Source: Chloropicon primus
Lineage: Eukaryota
DNA: 64,000 nucleotides
Assembly (NCBI GenBank): GCA_023205875.1
Contig: CP060763.1
Location: 62,001 to 126,000 of the forward strand
Direction of reading: 5' to 3'
In this document: in pieces, positions 11,926 to 23,600 of the stretch
Numbering within the stretch: the stretch's first letter is position 1
Layout of the letters: the number at the start of each line of letters is the position of its first letter
Notes under the pieces: model-generated
Database searches by the model: none
What the model saw: only the letters and a program-made list of their open reading frames with translations
What the model was told of the DNA's origin: nothing
Program-made: the position numbers and the translations under genes

Positions 11926-12003
11926 TGGTGGGTTGATATTACATGACGAGCGGATTCTGAAACTTTCACAAAGTGGTTTCCCTCCGAAGAAGAAGAGCCA
12001 GGT
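11926..12003 (+). promoter_or_regulatory. SECIS element (form II) in the SelT 3' UTR
   Basis: ATGAC (11943-11947), 12-nt helix-II arm GAGCGGATTCTG, AAA, apical mini-stem CTTT-CAC-AAAG, return arm GGTTTCCCTC and CGAA (11985-11988). Folded by eye. Confidence 0.8.
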
Positions 12004-12320
12004 CCCGCAATTCTGGAATGGAGTCGGTGCCGTCGCTCGCTCGAGCGACGCGCTCCGGCTCGTTGCGGCCTGGAGACATGTTCAACAAGCAGCACTGGGT
12101 GCACACCCGAAGGAGAAGGCAGTCGTTTGCACGGGGACAGCGCGGGGGCACGCCCCCGGCGACCACCTTTCTATAATATGAACAAGATGCAAGACAAAAA
12201 GCTTTTGTTTACCCGAGATCTTTTCTTTCCCTTTCTATCCGCGGTGGCTTGGGGCCATCCCCCCCCGGTTTCCTCAAGAAACCACGCGGCCTCGCTCGCC
12301 CGCCGGGTGCACACACTTCC

Positions 12321-12923
12321 TCAGCCCAGGGACTTGATGAGCTTGTTCAGGTTCTGGACAAACTGCTCGCACTCGAACGGCTCGCCGACTGTGTACAGGG
12401 GGTTCTTGACGACGTACTCGCAGTACAGGTTGGAGTATATCTGCCACATGTGCTTCTCCAGGTTGCCGAGGTCCGTGCTCGTGTTCAGCACGATCTTGAT
12501 GCCGGAGGGCGAGTCCAAGTAGTGCAGCTTGTAGCAGTCCGTCGTGAACGACCGGAAGGAGCAACCCTCGCCGTGCGGAGTCGGCGCACCTAGAGGACGT
12601 TTCACCTCCCTGGATGCCAATCGTTAGAGGCAACATCACAAAGAAGAAGAAGAAGCAAGAACAAAAAGCAACCCGGTCAGTTCAGTCCGAGCGAACTGCT
12701 TTTTGAATTCAGTCGAGTTGAGTTGCCTTGGGTTGAAGAAGACTCACCTGGTGGGGTCGATGGCGGTGCAGACGTTTTTGAGACTGAACAGGAGTCCGAA
12801 CATCATCTTGGCGTCATCTACGAGGGTCCCCGCCCCGTCCTTGACATGCTTCGGCCGGGACCACTCCTGGTAGTGCAAGCACACCCCATCCCTGTTGAAG
12901 ATATACATGTTGTAACACACCAT
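12321..12923 (-). CDS. BET5: TRAPP complex subunit 1 (Bet5, sybindin/longin fold); exons 12923-12748 and 12609-12321, ~154 aa
   Basis: MYIFNRDGVCLHYQEW..KMMFGLLFSLK and SFTTDCYKLHYLDSPSGIKIVLNT..LYCEYVVKNPLY are Bet5/TRAPPC1 motifs. The phase-2 GT-AG intron keeps the frame. Confidence 0.92.
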
Positions 12924-12965
12924 GCTCTTCCTTCCTTCCTTCCTCGCTGGATGGAACCACAGTGA

Positions 12966-13066
12966 ACGACGCCGATGCCGATGCCGATGCCAATGAAGAT
13001 GATGATGAAGATGCCGATGAAGATGATGACGCTGGTGGCGATGCTGGTGGCGATGCTGGTGCCTGT
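12966..13066. repeat. Low-complexity GAT/GCCGAT/GGCGATGCTGGT micro-repeats upstream of BET5
   Basis: Directly visible tri-, hexa- and dodecanucleotide repeats. Confidence 0.7.
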
Positions 13067-14326
13067 CTTGATGCAAAGGAGGAAGAGAGTTCCAGTCCAA
13101 GGGATCACCTCTCTCTGGTCCTAAATCCTCACCAGAACGTCGTAATCTTTCGAGCGAGGGGTCAAACGAAAGAGAATGAGATGAAGATTATAATAATGAC
13201 CCTCAATCACTTCCTCCTTCCCCCGCCGAACGACAAACTCCCGCCGAACCACGCCGTCCTTTCCCTCCCTCGCCCTGGTTTGGCGCCAAACCGCTCGACA
13301 CTCTGAGTCAGGAAGAGTAACTTCACAACTGAATGGGTAAAATTGTAGGCACGATCCGAACAATTAACGTCAAAAAGAGAACCTTAATACGACGATGAGA
13401 GACGTCACATTCGAACGTCCCGTTTAATGTCTCTCATAAAACTAGGGATTTGAATGAAAATGATTTTGATTGTTTATGAGGGTTAGATATTCAAGTAGGA
13501 GACATTACCTTTCGAAAATGTCTCATGTAGAAATGGTCCCCTGAGATGGAAACACTACTGGGGACCCTCGTCGTTTGCCGCGGGGTTTGGTGGTTCGGCT
13601 TCTTTGGTCCGCGGCCTGGCCCTATTCCCTTAATCGATGCCAAGGTTTGCCTCGGAGACCGCGTCTTTCCCTCCGCCACCTTCAAAACCGCTTCCCTCCT
13701 CCTCCTCCTCACTCCTCTTTCTCCAAGGTGAAGCCGAGGTAAGGAATTCATTCCCTTCACCTTGCTTGCTTGAAACGACAACGACGGAGGAGAAAGGTCG
13801 AGTGAAGGATGGCATCACGATATTCTTCGTCTCTTGCTCTTTCCAAAGAGTGTACTCTTGTCGAATTCGACGCAGTGGAGAGGAATCCAGACCAGTGGAC
13901 TCGTCTTGGGTTCCCATCCCTTCCCTGGAACCCAAGACGAGTGAAGAGTGAAGTGAATGCCTCACTTCACTCTTCACTTCACTTCACTTCACTTCACTGC
14001 TCGGAAGACTGCAGGGAGGAACGAACCCGAAATGAACCTCGTCTCTTGCTCTTTTCGAAGCATGGGTCCCGAGGATGGTACTTTGTCCTGATACTGATAC
14101 AACTTTGTTTCCTGCAATGGCGTATGTTTCATGTTTCATGTTTCATGGTTTTCCAAAGGACAGACAGACAGGCACTGAGGTGTGAGGAAGCACAAGAGTG
14201 TGTTCGTTCGTGTCTGCTTGATCACAGAGGTTGGATCCATTGGTGTCTCGTGAGAACTCGAACTCGAACTCACCAACCCACGCCAACCCAAGCAGCTTGA
14301 GTTGTGTGTCAGCTTGACTTGTTCCT

Positions 14327-14370
<44 letters not shown>

Positions 14371-14622
14371 TGTGACGTTGCTGCTTGCTGGTGACATGAA
14401 TTGAATCGAATTGCGTCGTGTTTCGTTGTGTGAAAGAAAAGTATGAGTCTTGCCGTGGTTGCTTGGTTGGGTTGCGGGTCAACCTGAAGGAAGGGAAGGG
14501 AGACAGAAGGTATACGAGGGAGTAGGATGAGTTGTGAGGGAAAGGGTGTCCTGAGGGCACCAGCGAGGACGAGGATGGGGAGGAAATCGAGGAATGGTCT
14601 GAAGCAGGAGGGACGAAGGACC

Positions 14623-17600
14623 ATGGCCAAGAGCCTTCTCTCGGGAACCTACGCGTTGACGCTTTGTATATTAGTACTACTATTGTCGCCCACCAAGGTT
14701 GGAGCTTGGATCACCTTGGACGGAGGCGAGAACGTTACGCTCCACGGGAACACGAACGTGGGGCCCCCGGACACGATGGAGAAGTACGATCTGAACGTGT
14801 ACGGAGACGTGAGAGTGGGAAGAACAGAGAGCCTGGACCCGTTTGCGGTGACGCCGGGCATGCTAGTCGAGGGAGCTATCACTGCTTCGAGGATTGTGCT
14901 CAAGGACAGCGGCAGCGGTGACGCCGAGCTCGACGAGGCTAGCTCCCTCTTGTCGTCCATGGCAGGGGACACCGTGCCCGACTTCGTCTTTGTGGCGACG
15001 GCGGCGGACGTGTCTTCCATGGGGTTCACCGAGAACCACACGGTGGGTTTTTACAGGCAAGAAGGCTCTGAGAGCGATCCGGAGAACATCGCTTTGTCCG
15101 ACATCTTCACGGTGAAGCTTGGCGTCAGGGACCTCGAGGATGGCACGCCGAACAAGGGCCACGTCGACATCAACGTTGCTGGTGACACGTCCAAGTTCGG
15201 ACTCAGGGCCAAGATGGGGGACGGCAACTCGGCGACGTTGACTTTCTCGGAGCAACAGGAGCAGGAGGATCCAGCGAGCGAGGAAGAGCCCATTGGTTTT
15301 CAGTACAGCTTGGGGACGGACAATAGCATGCTTAGCGTGGGGGGAAACTATTCTCTGTTCTCATTCGTGGACGAGAGGCCAAAAGATGAGATGGAAATCA
15401 GGTCAGACCACCTCGCGTCGTACATCGAGGTGCCGAGGGCCAAGCTCAATGCCAGCGCGGACGGAAGCACGACGCTCACGCTGCAGGCGCCCCAATCGAG
15501 TAGGTTGTCCCCGGAATTCAGGCCGGGCGAGGCTGGCGCGAGGATGGAAATGGTCCAAGGGGACACGACCTTTTTCATCGCAAACGTGCCAGAGGCGGAG
15601 CAGGATGTGATCAAGTTTGGCGTCAATGATCACATGGCCATGACGACCGAGGACGGCGATGGCGAGGTCTCCTTCATGGAGGTGTACAAGTCAGCGATAC
15701 AGCTGATTCCTCAAGAGAAGGCTGGCGCAGTGGTGATCGGTGCAGAGGACGCTGACACGGGGAGTGGGGGCTCTGACTACAAAGGCGCGACCTTGAGCAT
15801 AGGAAAGTTGGAAGTTATGCACCAATCGGACGAGCAGTCTCCTTACGGCGAGTACGTCGAAGGGATGGTCCAGAACTTTGGGGTGATGGAGCTCACAACA
15901 AAGTATACGACTGGCAATTACCCTCTCTACATGTCGAGCGGTAACCATGTCAAGGTTCATGCTCCAAACTTGTATGTCGGGGATGGCCTCGTCAGTGAGA
16001 TTCCATCGCCGGGGGCAGAGCCGGGAGCTGTCGTCCTCGGGGGAGGGGCGATCCAGCTGAACGGCACAGGAGTCACGCAGACGGGCGCTGACTTTCCTCT
16101 GTACCTTCATTCAGAAAATACCGAAGGCAATTTGGCTTCTTCGGGTGTCAGGCTGAGCGGAACGTATAAATTTGGTGTTGGGGACATCAATGTTATCGAC
16201 GACGCCTCTGCTGGCGCCGACGAGTCTTCTGAGGTCGAAAGATCGCCAAGGAGGATCACATCCGCGGGCTCACTGAGAATCACCGCCTTTGACCAGGAGC
16301 ACTCCCCGGACGAGATTCCAAGCTACGGGAGTGGAGAGGCACAGGAGGCAGATGGAAACATGTTCGGTTACGAGCTCTACGTGGATGGTAACGAGGTCAC
16401 AGGAAAGGCCAGGATGAGGGTCGGGAATGCAGTTTGGCACGATGGCTACGAAGAGACGTTCACTGATGTAGTGATGGACGGCGTCTCCATAGTAGAAGAA
16501 GCCCCCTCGGGTCCTGCCACCCTCATCGCTGTAGGCTCAGACCTGGGAAGTGTCAGCGGCGCACCCACAGAGGACCAGTCTGTGGACCCAGTGCCTCAGC
16601 ACCACTCTGGACTTTTAGTGATTCGTTCCAAGAGGGAAGTCAGGATGGACGATGGCTCCAAGCTCAGGATCGGTGTTCCCTCGAACTCTATTCACATCAA
16701 TGGTACAGATCAGTCCATGTACGGTGACGACGAGTCAGAGCCCTTGAAGTTTCACGCGCACTTGGGCCTTGAAGTCGGGTCTGCAGAGGGAGCCATGAGA
16801 TCAGCAATCAGGGAGAGAGTCACCAAGGAATCCAACCCAGAACTCGGTACGTTTGGTCACCCAAGCGTTTTGCTGAGGGACATCGAAGTCGATGGGTGCA
16901 GCATTCCAAATGCAACAGCAGATCTTGGAGACGACTACACGAAAAGCATCTATGCTGCCAGGAAAAGCTGTGTTTCCAGGATTGGAATTGTGCCTCCCCC
17001 AGAAGGAGAAACACCAAACAAGGAATTGCAGGCTTCGATGGGACGATACGAGGAGGACGGCGAGTTCAAAGAGCTTTATCTGACGTCCAATAATTATGTT
17101 GATATTGATGGGAGGTCCAGGCTGAAAATTGGAGGGATGTTCTTTGATGGAGCTGGTGCTCACCCGGATGACTACGAGAACGCTTTCAGTGAGTCGTCTG
17201 ATCGCCAGCCTTCTGATCAGTGGGATTACTCGAAGGGAGATAGGAAGAATACCCTTCGTGGAGACTCTGGCTTGTTCATCGACGGTGGTCGCCAGAGTGG
17301 CAACGTCAGCATCTCTGGCGGATCAAGCAGAGAGGATGCAGTAACAGGAGGAAACGTCATTATCAGCTCAGGTGGAAGCGGTGCTGCTGGACTATGGTCA
17401 GGTGACTCGGGCGACGTTTCCATCGCTACTAGTCCAGGAGGAGAAGATTTCGGAAAGAGTGGTACCGCGTCTTTTGCAAGTGGAAACACAACAGATGGGC
17501 ACACCGGAGAGGTCGTGATATCGTCTGGATTTGCGCATGGGCAAGCTTCTGACTCGGGGAGCATCTCTCTCACCGTTGGAGCATCTGAGGGCGGAAAAGC

Positions 17601-20600
17601 TGGTAACATGAATTTCCGGATTCAGCCCTCTCAAGGCTCTGGGAGAGACGGGGGAAGTACTTACTTGACCTCTGGATCAGCCCAAGGTAGGGGTGGTGCT
17701 GGAGGCAGCGTCTTCATAGCGTCCGGTTCTGCTGCAGAAACGGCAGAGGCCGCTGGGGGTGACATTAACATCAACGCCGGGGATTCGCTAACAGCGAAAG
17801 ATAAGCTGGGTGCCCACGGTGGTCAGGTTGTCATCAGAAGTGGCCATTCCGCTGGAAACTCTGGCGGCGAAATAATAATCGTCTCTGGGAACACCACTGC
17901 AATGAACGAGGGGCAAGCAACTGACATTGATGGCGGATACACAAGAAGTGGAAACATCAACATCACGTCTAGTTATGTTGACAATGCATACACAGGGTCT
18001 GTCTCCATGACTACCGGGGATTCGCTTACTGGAATCTCTGGGGATGTGAAGATTGGTGCAGGCTCAGGTATGCAGAGTGGGGCTAATGTCACTATTTCTG
18101 CTGGAGGCGCCCACGACAATACTGCCAGTCCTGTTGCTGTACAATCTGGAACGAGCTACTACAAAGAGATGAGGGAGCTAGCTGATGTTGAGGCTGCACC
18201 AATGGCAGGATCTGTCCAGCTCGTCGGTGGAAGGGCAGCAAATGGCATTTATGGCCACGGAGGAAACGTTACAACTTCTGGCGGTCAAGGAGCATCCTAT
18301 GGAGGTCACGCCCATCTCATTGGTGGAAATGTCAATGATGGATCTGGTGCACACACGAGGTTGCACGGAGGCTCCTTGTTTCTTTCCTCAGGTTCCGGGA
18401 CATCTGGGAAAGTTCATTCCGGAAGCATTGAGATGAAAACATCGGATGGAGGAAGTGCTGGAGGAGCAGGTTATGTAAACATAACTACGGGGGTCTCCAA
18501 CAGCATGTTTAACTGCGCTGGGCAATACGGCGTGGAAGAATGCATCGGAGGAAATATTACGATGGCCTCTGGGGATAATTTGGCATCAGACGGGGCATTC
18601 CTGGTTCTCAATGCAGGTAGCACGAAAACCTTTTCAGCTCTGACTGAGAACACTGAGCGTGAAACGCCTATTGGTGGACCTATTCTAATGAATGCTGGGT
18701 CTGCATCCTTTGGAGTGGGAGGACAAATAAACATCACTGCAGGTTCTGGGTCTGCCCAGCCTGAGAGGGAAATATTTGGAACTAGGTATGGCGCAGATCA
18801 CAGCCTTCTTGACGAAGCAGGCAAAGTCGGCTACGGTGGTAATGTGACCATCCGAGGCGGAGCTTCTGCATATGATCACGGAGGCAGCGTCAACTTGGTT
18901 TCTGGTGAACCAGGACTTGGTGTTTACTCAACATCAGGAAATATTACCATGACTACTCCGGATGCCACAAACTCAAAGCCAGCTGGTGCAATTCCAGATG
19001 GACCTGACAAGGGTATTAGTGGTAGCATATTCATGAGGACAGGAGAGGGAAAGGAAAGCTCAGGGAATGTTTCAATTTTCACTGGAAATTCAACGGAAGA
19101 TAATACGGGCCATATTTTGCTTCACGGTGGATTTTCCACGTTTGGTGATGGAGGGAGTCTTAATTTCACGTCTGGGCACGGTGGCATAATCAACAATGGA
19201 ACAGACGCTGATGCAAGACTTGATGATGGGGATATCAATCTCGAGGCAGGAAGAAGAGTTGTCATGACAGGTGATTTTGCTGTCGAATTGTATGGTGGAA
19301 ATGCCCTCGATGACACCTACGTAGAATCAACGGAGGAATCAACCCTGAAATATGGTTCAGTAAATGGCAAATACAACGGTGGATATTTGTACTTCCAAGG
19401 AGGAGACTCCGAGCATGCATCCGGGGGAAACGTCACAATGAGGGGTGGAAAGGGTTTGAGCAACAATGGAGGTGATATTAGCCTGGTTACAGGTGTTGGA
19501 AACTCTACAACACAAGTGGAGACCTACAATTCTGAGTACTACTCCCATGACCCAAGTCTTTATAGCAGAGCCAATTCTAACTATGAACACGACAGAGATG
19601 GTCATATTAGAGCAACAAATAACCTTGCATCAAGTGGAGAGTTGAGTCTTGCCACAGCTGATGCCTTTCCTCATATGAACAGAAACTTTTCATCCGGAGT
19701 AAGTGGATCAGCATCACTTCGAACTGGTGCCTCAGGAAGGGGTGATTCTGGGTCACTCACATTTTCAACTGGGGATGCAGTCATGGGTGTTGGTGGAAAC
19801 ATCTCCTTCAGCATCGGCAATGGAACTGATTCAACTGGATATGGAGAATCGGCTGGAAAAGACGGCGGTAGTTTTGTTGTTCGTGCGGGCACTGGCACTG
19901 CTGCAGATCAAAGTGGAGGCCATGTCAATCTCTCTGCGGGATTGGGCGTCTCCTCTTCAAACTCTACGACAAGGGGAGGAAATGTTGTGATAGCTGGGGG
20001 TAATGCAGAAGCTGCAAAGGAGAGGGCGCTCCTGATGTCCCAGGAACCATGGCTTCCGTATGAACGTTTCATCAATGACAACTCAAGCATTGGATACCGA
20101 AGGAACAACGAGAGTCACTCATCTCATGGAAACGAAGATGGCGGAAAAGTCCAACTTCGTGGTGGAGATTCTGACAGAGGTATTGGAGGATCAATTACGC
20201 TTACTGCTGGTGAAAGTCAAATGAACGATGGAGGGAACATCTTACTTACTGGAGGAAAATCAAATGGTGTCCTTGGCGTATGCAATGATTCTATGACTGA
20301 TTGTGACAATGGTGGACACATATATATCTCTGGAGGACAAGCTTTGGCTGCACCTGGAGGTAGCATTGCCCTCACCAGTGGGTTCAGCACATCCACATCT
20401 TCTGGTGACATCACGATAGCTACGCCCACATCTGGCTTTTACGGCATCAGTGGATCCCTCGAACTCCTCTCAGGAAACACAACTGGAGGCAATTCTGGAT
20501 CGTTCTCGTTTGAATCTGGCCAGGCTACAAATGGTGCTGGCGGGATCATTTCACTTAAAGTTGGCGCAGGTGACACAGGTGACGGTGGTAATGTTCTCAT

Positions 20601-23600
20601 CGCTGCAGGTGAGACCACCGATGCTGACTCCGCTGGTGGCAAGATTGCACTCACTGGTGGCATGGGTTCTGATGATTCATCTCCTCATGGTGGTGTTGGT
20701 GGAGACATCGTGTTGACTGGTGGCGAGGCCCTCGGTAATGATGATCAGCATGACGTGGGTGGTGACATCTACTTGTCTGGTGGTCAGGCAGCCTCTGCCC
20801 GCGGTGGTGATCTCGAATTCAACACTGGTTACAGTGAGTCCACCAACAGTGGTTCCATGAGATTGAGCACCGTTGACTCTGGTTCTTCTGGTGTGAGTGG
20901 ATCCATGTCTCTCAGGACGGGTAACACTACCTTAGGAGAGTCTGGTGCGATTGAGCTTGAGACTGGTGTTGGCACTGGAGGCTCTGGTGGCGACCTTCGT
21001 TTCAAGGTTGGTACCGGTAACTCTGGTGACGGTGGTGATATCCTGTTCAGGGCAGGTGAGACCACTGATGCTGACTCTGCTGGTGGCAAGATTGCACTTA
21101 GTGGAGGCAAGGGTTCTAGCAATTCCTCTGATCATGGTGGTGTTGGTGGAGACATCTTGTTGACTGGTGGTGAGGCCCTCGGCAATGATGACCAGCATGA
21201 CGTGGGTGGTGACATCTACTTGTCTGGTGGTCAGGCAGCCTCTGCCCGCGGTGGTGACATTGAATTCAACACTGGTTACAGTGAGTCCACCAACAGTGGC
21301 TCCATGAGATTGAGTACTGTGAATTCTGGTTCTTCTGGTGTGAGTGGATCCATGTCTCTCAGGACGGGTAACACTACCTTAGGAGAGTCTGGTGCGATTG
21401 CTCTTGAGACTGGTGTTGGCACTGGAGGCTCTGGTGGCGACCTTCGTTTCAAGGTTGGTACCGGTAACTCTGGTGACGGTGGTGATATCCTGTTCAGGGC
21501 AGGTGAGACCACCGATGCTGACTCTGCTGGTGGCAAGATTGCACTCACTGGTGGCGAAGGCTCAGATGGTCTGTCTGCGTATGGTGGTCGTGGTGGAGAA
21601 ATTATTGTGAATGGAGGCGAAGCGTTTGGACTCAATAGCGAAACCGATATTGGAGGCGACATCCATATTTCTGGTGGTCAAGCCTCCTCTGCCCGTGGTG
21701 GTGACATTGAGGTGAACACAGGATACAGTGAGTCCACCAACAGTGGCTCCATGAGGTTGAGCACTCAAGAATCGGGTTACACGGGTGTTAGTGGGAATAT
21801 CAGTTTAGCAACTGGGAACGCATATGATGGTGGGTCTGGCTTGATTGAGCTTGAGACTGGTGAGGGTATTGGAGGGTCTGGTGGCGACCTTCGTTTCAAG
21901 GTTGGTACCGGTTACTCTGGTGACGGTGGTGATATCCTGTTCAGGGCAGGTGAGACCACTGATGACGATTCTGCTGGTGGCAAGATTGCACTCACTGGAG
22001 GCAAGGGTTTGAGTCCTGTTGATTTTGGAGGTGTTGGTGGAGACATCTTGTTGACTGGTGGTGAAGCACTAGGACAATCATCAACTTCTGATTTTGGTGG
22101 TGACATCTACTTGTCTGGTGGTCAGGCAGCCTCTGCCCGCGGTGGTGACATTGAATTCAACACTGGTTACAGTGAGTCCACCAACAGTGGCTCCATGAGA
22201 TTGAGTACTGTGAATTCTGGTTCTTCTGGTGTGAGTGGATCCATGTCTCTCAGGACGGGCAACACCACAAACGGAGAGTCTGGTGCGATTTCTCTTGAGA
22301 CCGGTGAGGGTGTTGATGGTTCTGGTGGCGACCTTCGTTTCAAGGTTGGTACCGGAGATGCTGAGAAAGGTGGTGATATCCTTTTAAATGCTGGAGAATC
22401 TAGTGCTCCTTTTGATGGAGTGGGTGGAAACATCAATTTGACAGCAGGAGCTCAAACCAATAATGGCATGCTTTCTTACAAAAAAAGTGGCGGTGGAATC
22501 ATATCTTTAAGGGGAGGAGAAGCACATGCTACTGCGCCCGGAGAAGGTGTTGGTGGGGATATTTTCTTGACAGGAGGTCGAGCACAAATGGACCGTGGTG
22601 GTGACATTGCGATCAGCACTGGATACAGTAAGTCCACCAACAGTGGTTCCATGAGATTACGCACAGACGACGCTGGAAATCTTGGTGGTATCAGTGGCAA
22701 CATAAGTGTAAAAACTGGAAGCACGTCATCCGGAGAGTCTGGCTTGATTGAGCTTGAAACTGGTGAGGGTGTTGATGGTTCTGGTGGTGACCTTCGTTTC
22801 AAGGTTGGTACCGGTAACTCTGGTGACGGTGGTGATATCCTGTTCAGGGCAGGTGAGACCACCGATGCTGACTCCGCTGGTGGCAAGATTGCACTTAGTG
22901 GAGGCATGGGTTCTGATGATTCCACTCCTGATGGTGGTATGGGCGGTGACATCTTGTTGACTGGTGGCGAGGCCCGTGGCAGCTATAAACATAATGACGT
23001 GGGTGGCGACATCTACTTGTCTGGTGGTCAGGCAGCCTCTGCCCGCGGTGGTGACATTGAATTCAACACAGGATTCAGTGAGTCCACGGACAGTGGTTCC
23101 ATGAGATTGAGCACTGTCAACGCTGGTTCTTCTGGTGTGAGCGGCAACATAAGTGTCAAAACTGGAACCACGACATCCGGAGAGTCTGGTGTGATTGAGC
23201 TTGAGACTGGTGTTGGCAATGGAGGTTCTGGTGGCGACCTTCGTTTCAAGGTTGGTACCGGTAACTCTGGTGACGGTGGTGACATCCTGTTCAGGGCAGG
23301 TGAGACCACCGATGCTGACTCTGCTGGTGGCAAGATTGCACTTAGTGGAGGCAAGGGTTCTGATGATTCATCTCCTCATGGTGGTGTTGGTGGAGACATC
23401 TTGTTGACTGGTGGCGAGGCCCTCGGTAATGATGACCAGCATGACGTGGGTGGTGACATCTACTTGTCTGGTGGTCAGGCAGCCTCTGCCCGCGGTGGTG
23501 ACATTGAATTCAACACTGGTTACAGTCAATCCACGGACAGTGGTTCCATGAGATTGAGTACTGTGAATTCTGGTTCTTCTGGTGTGAGTGGATCCATGTC

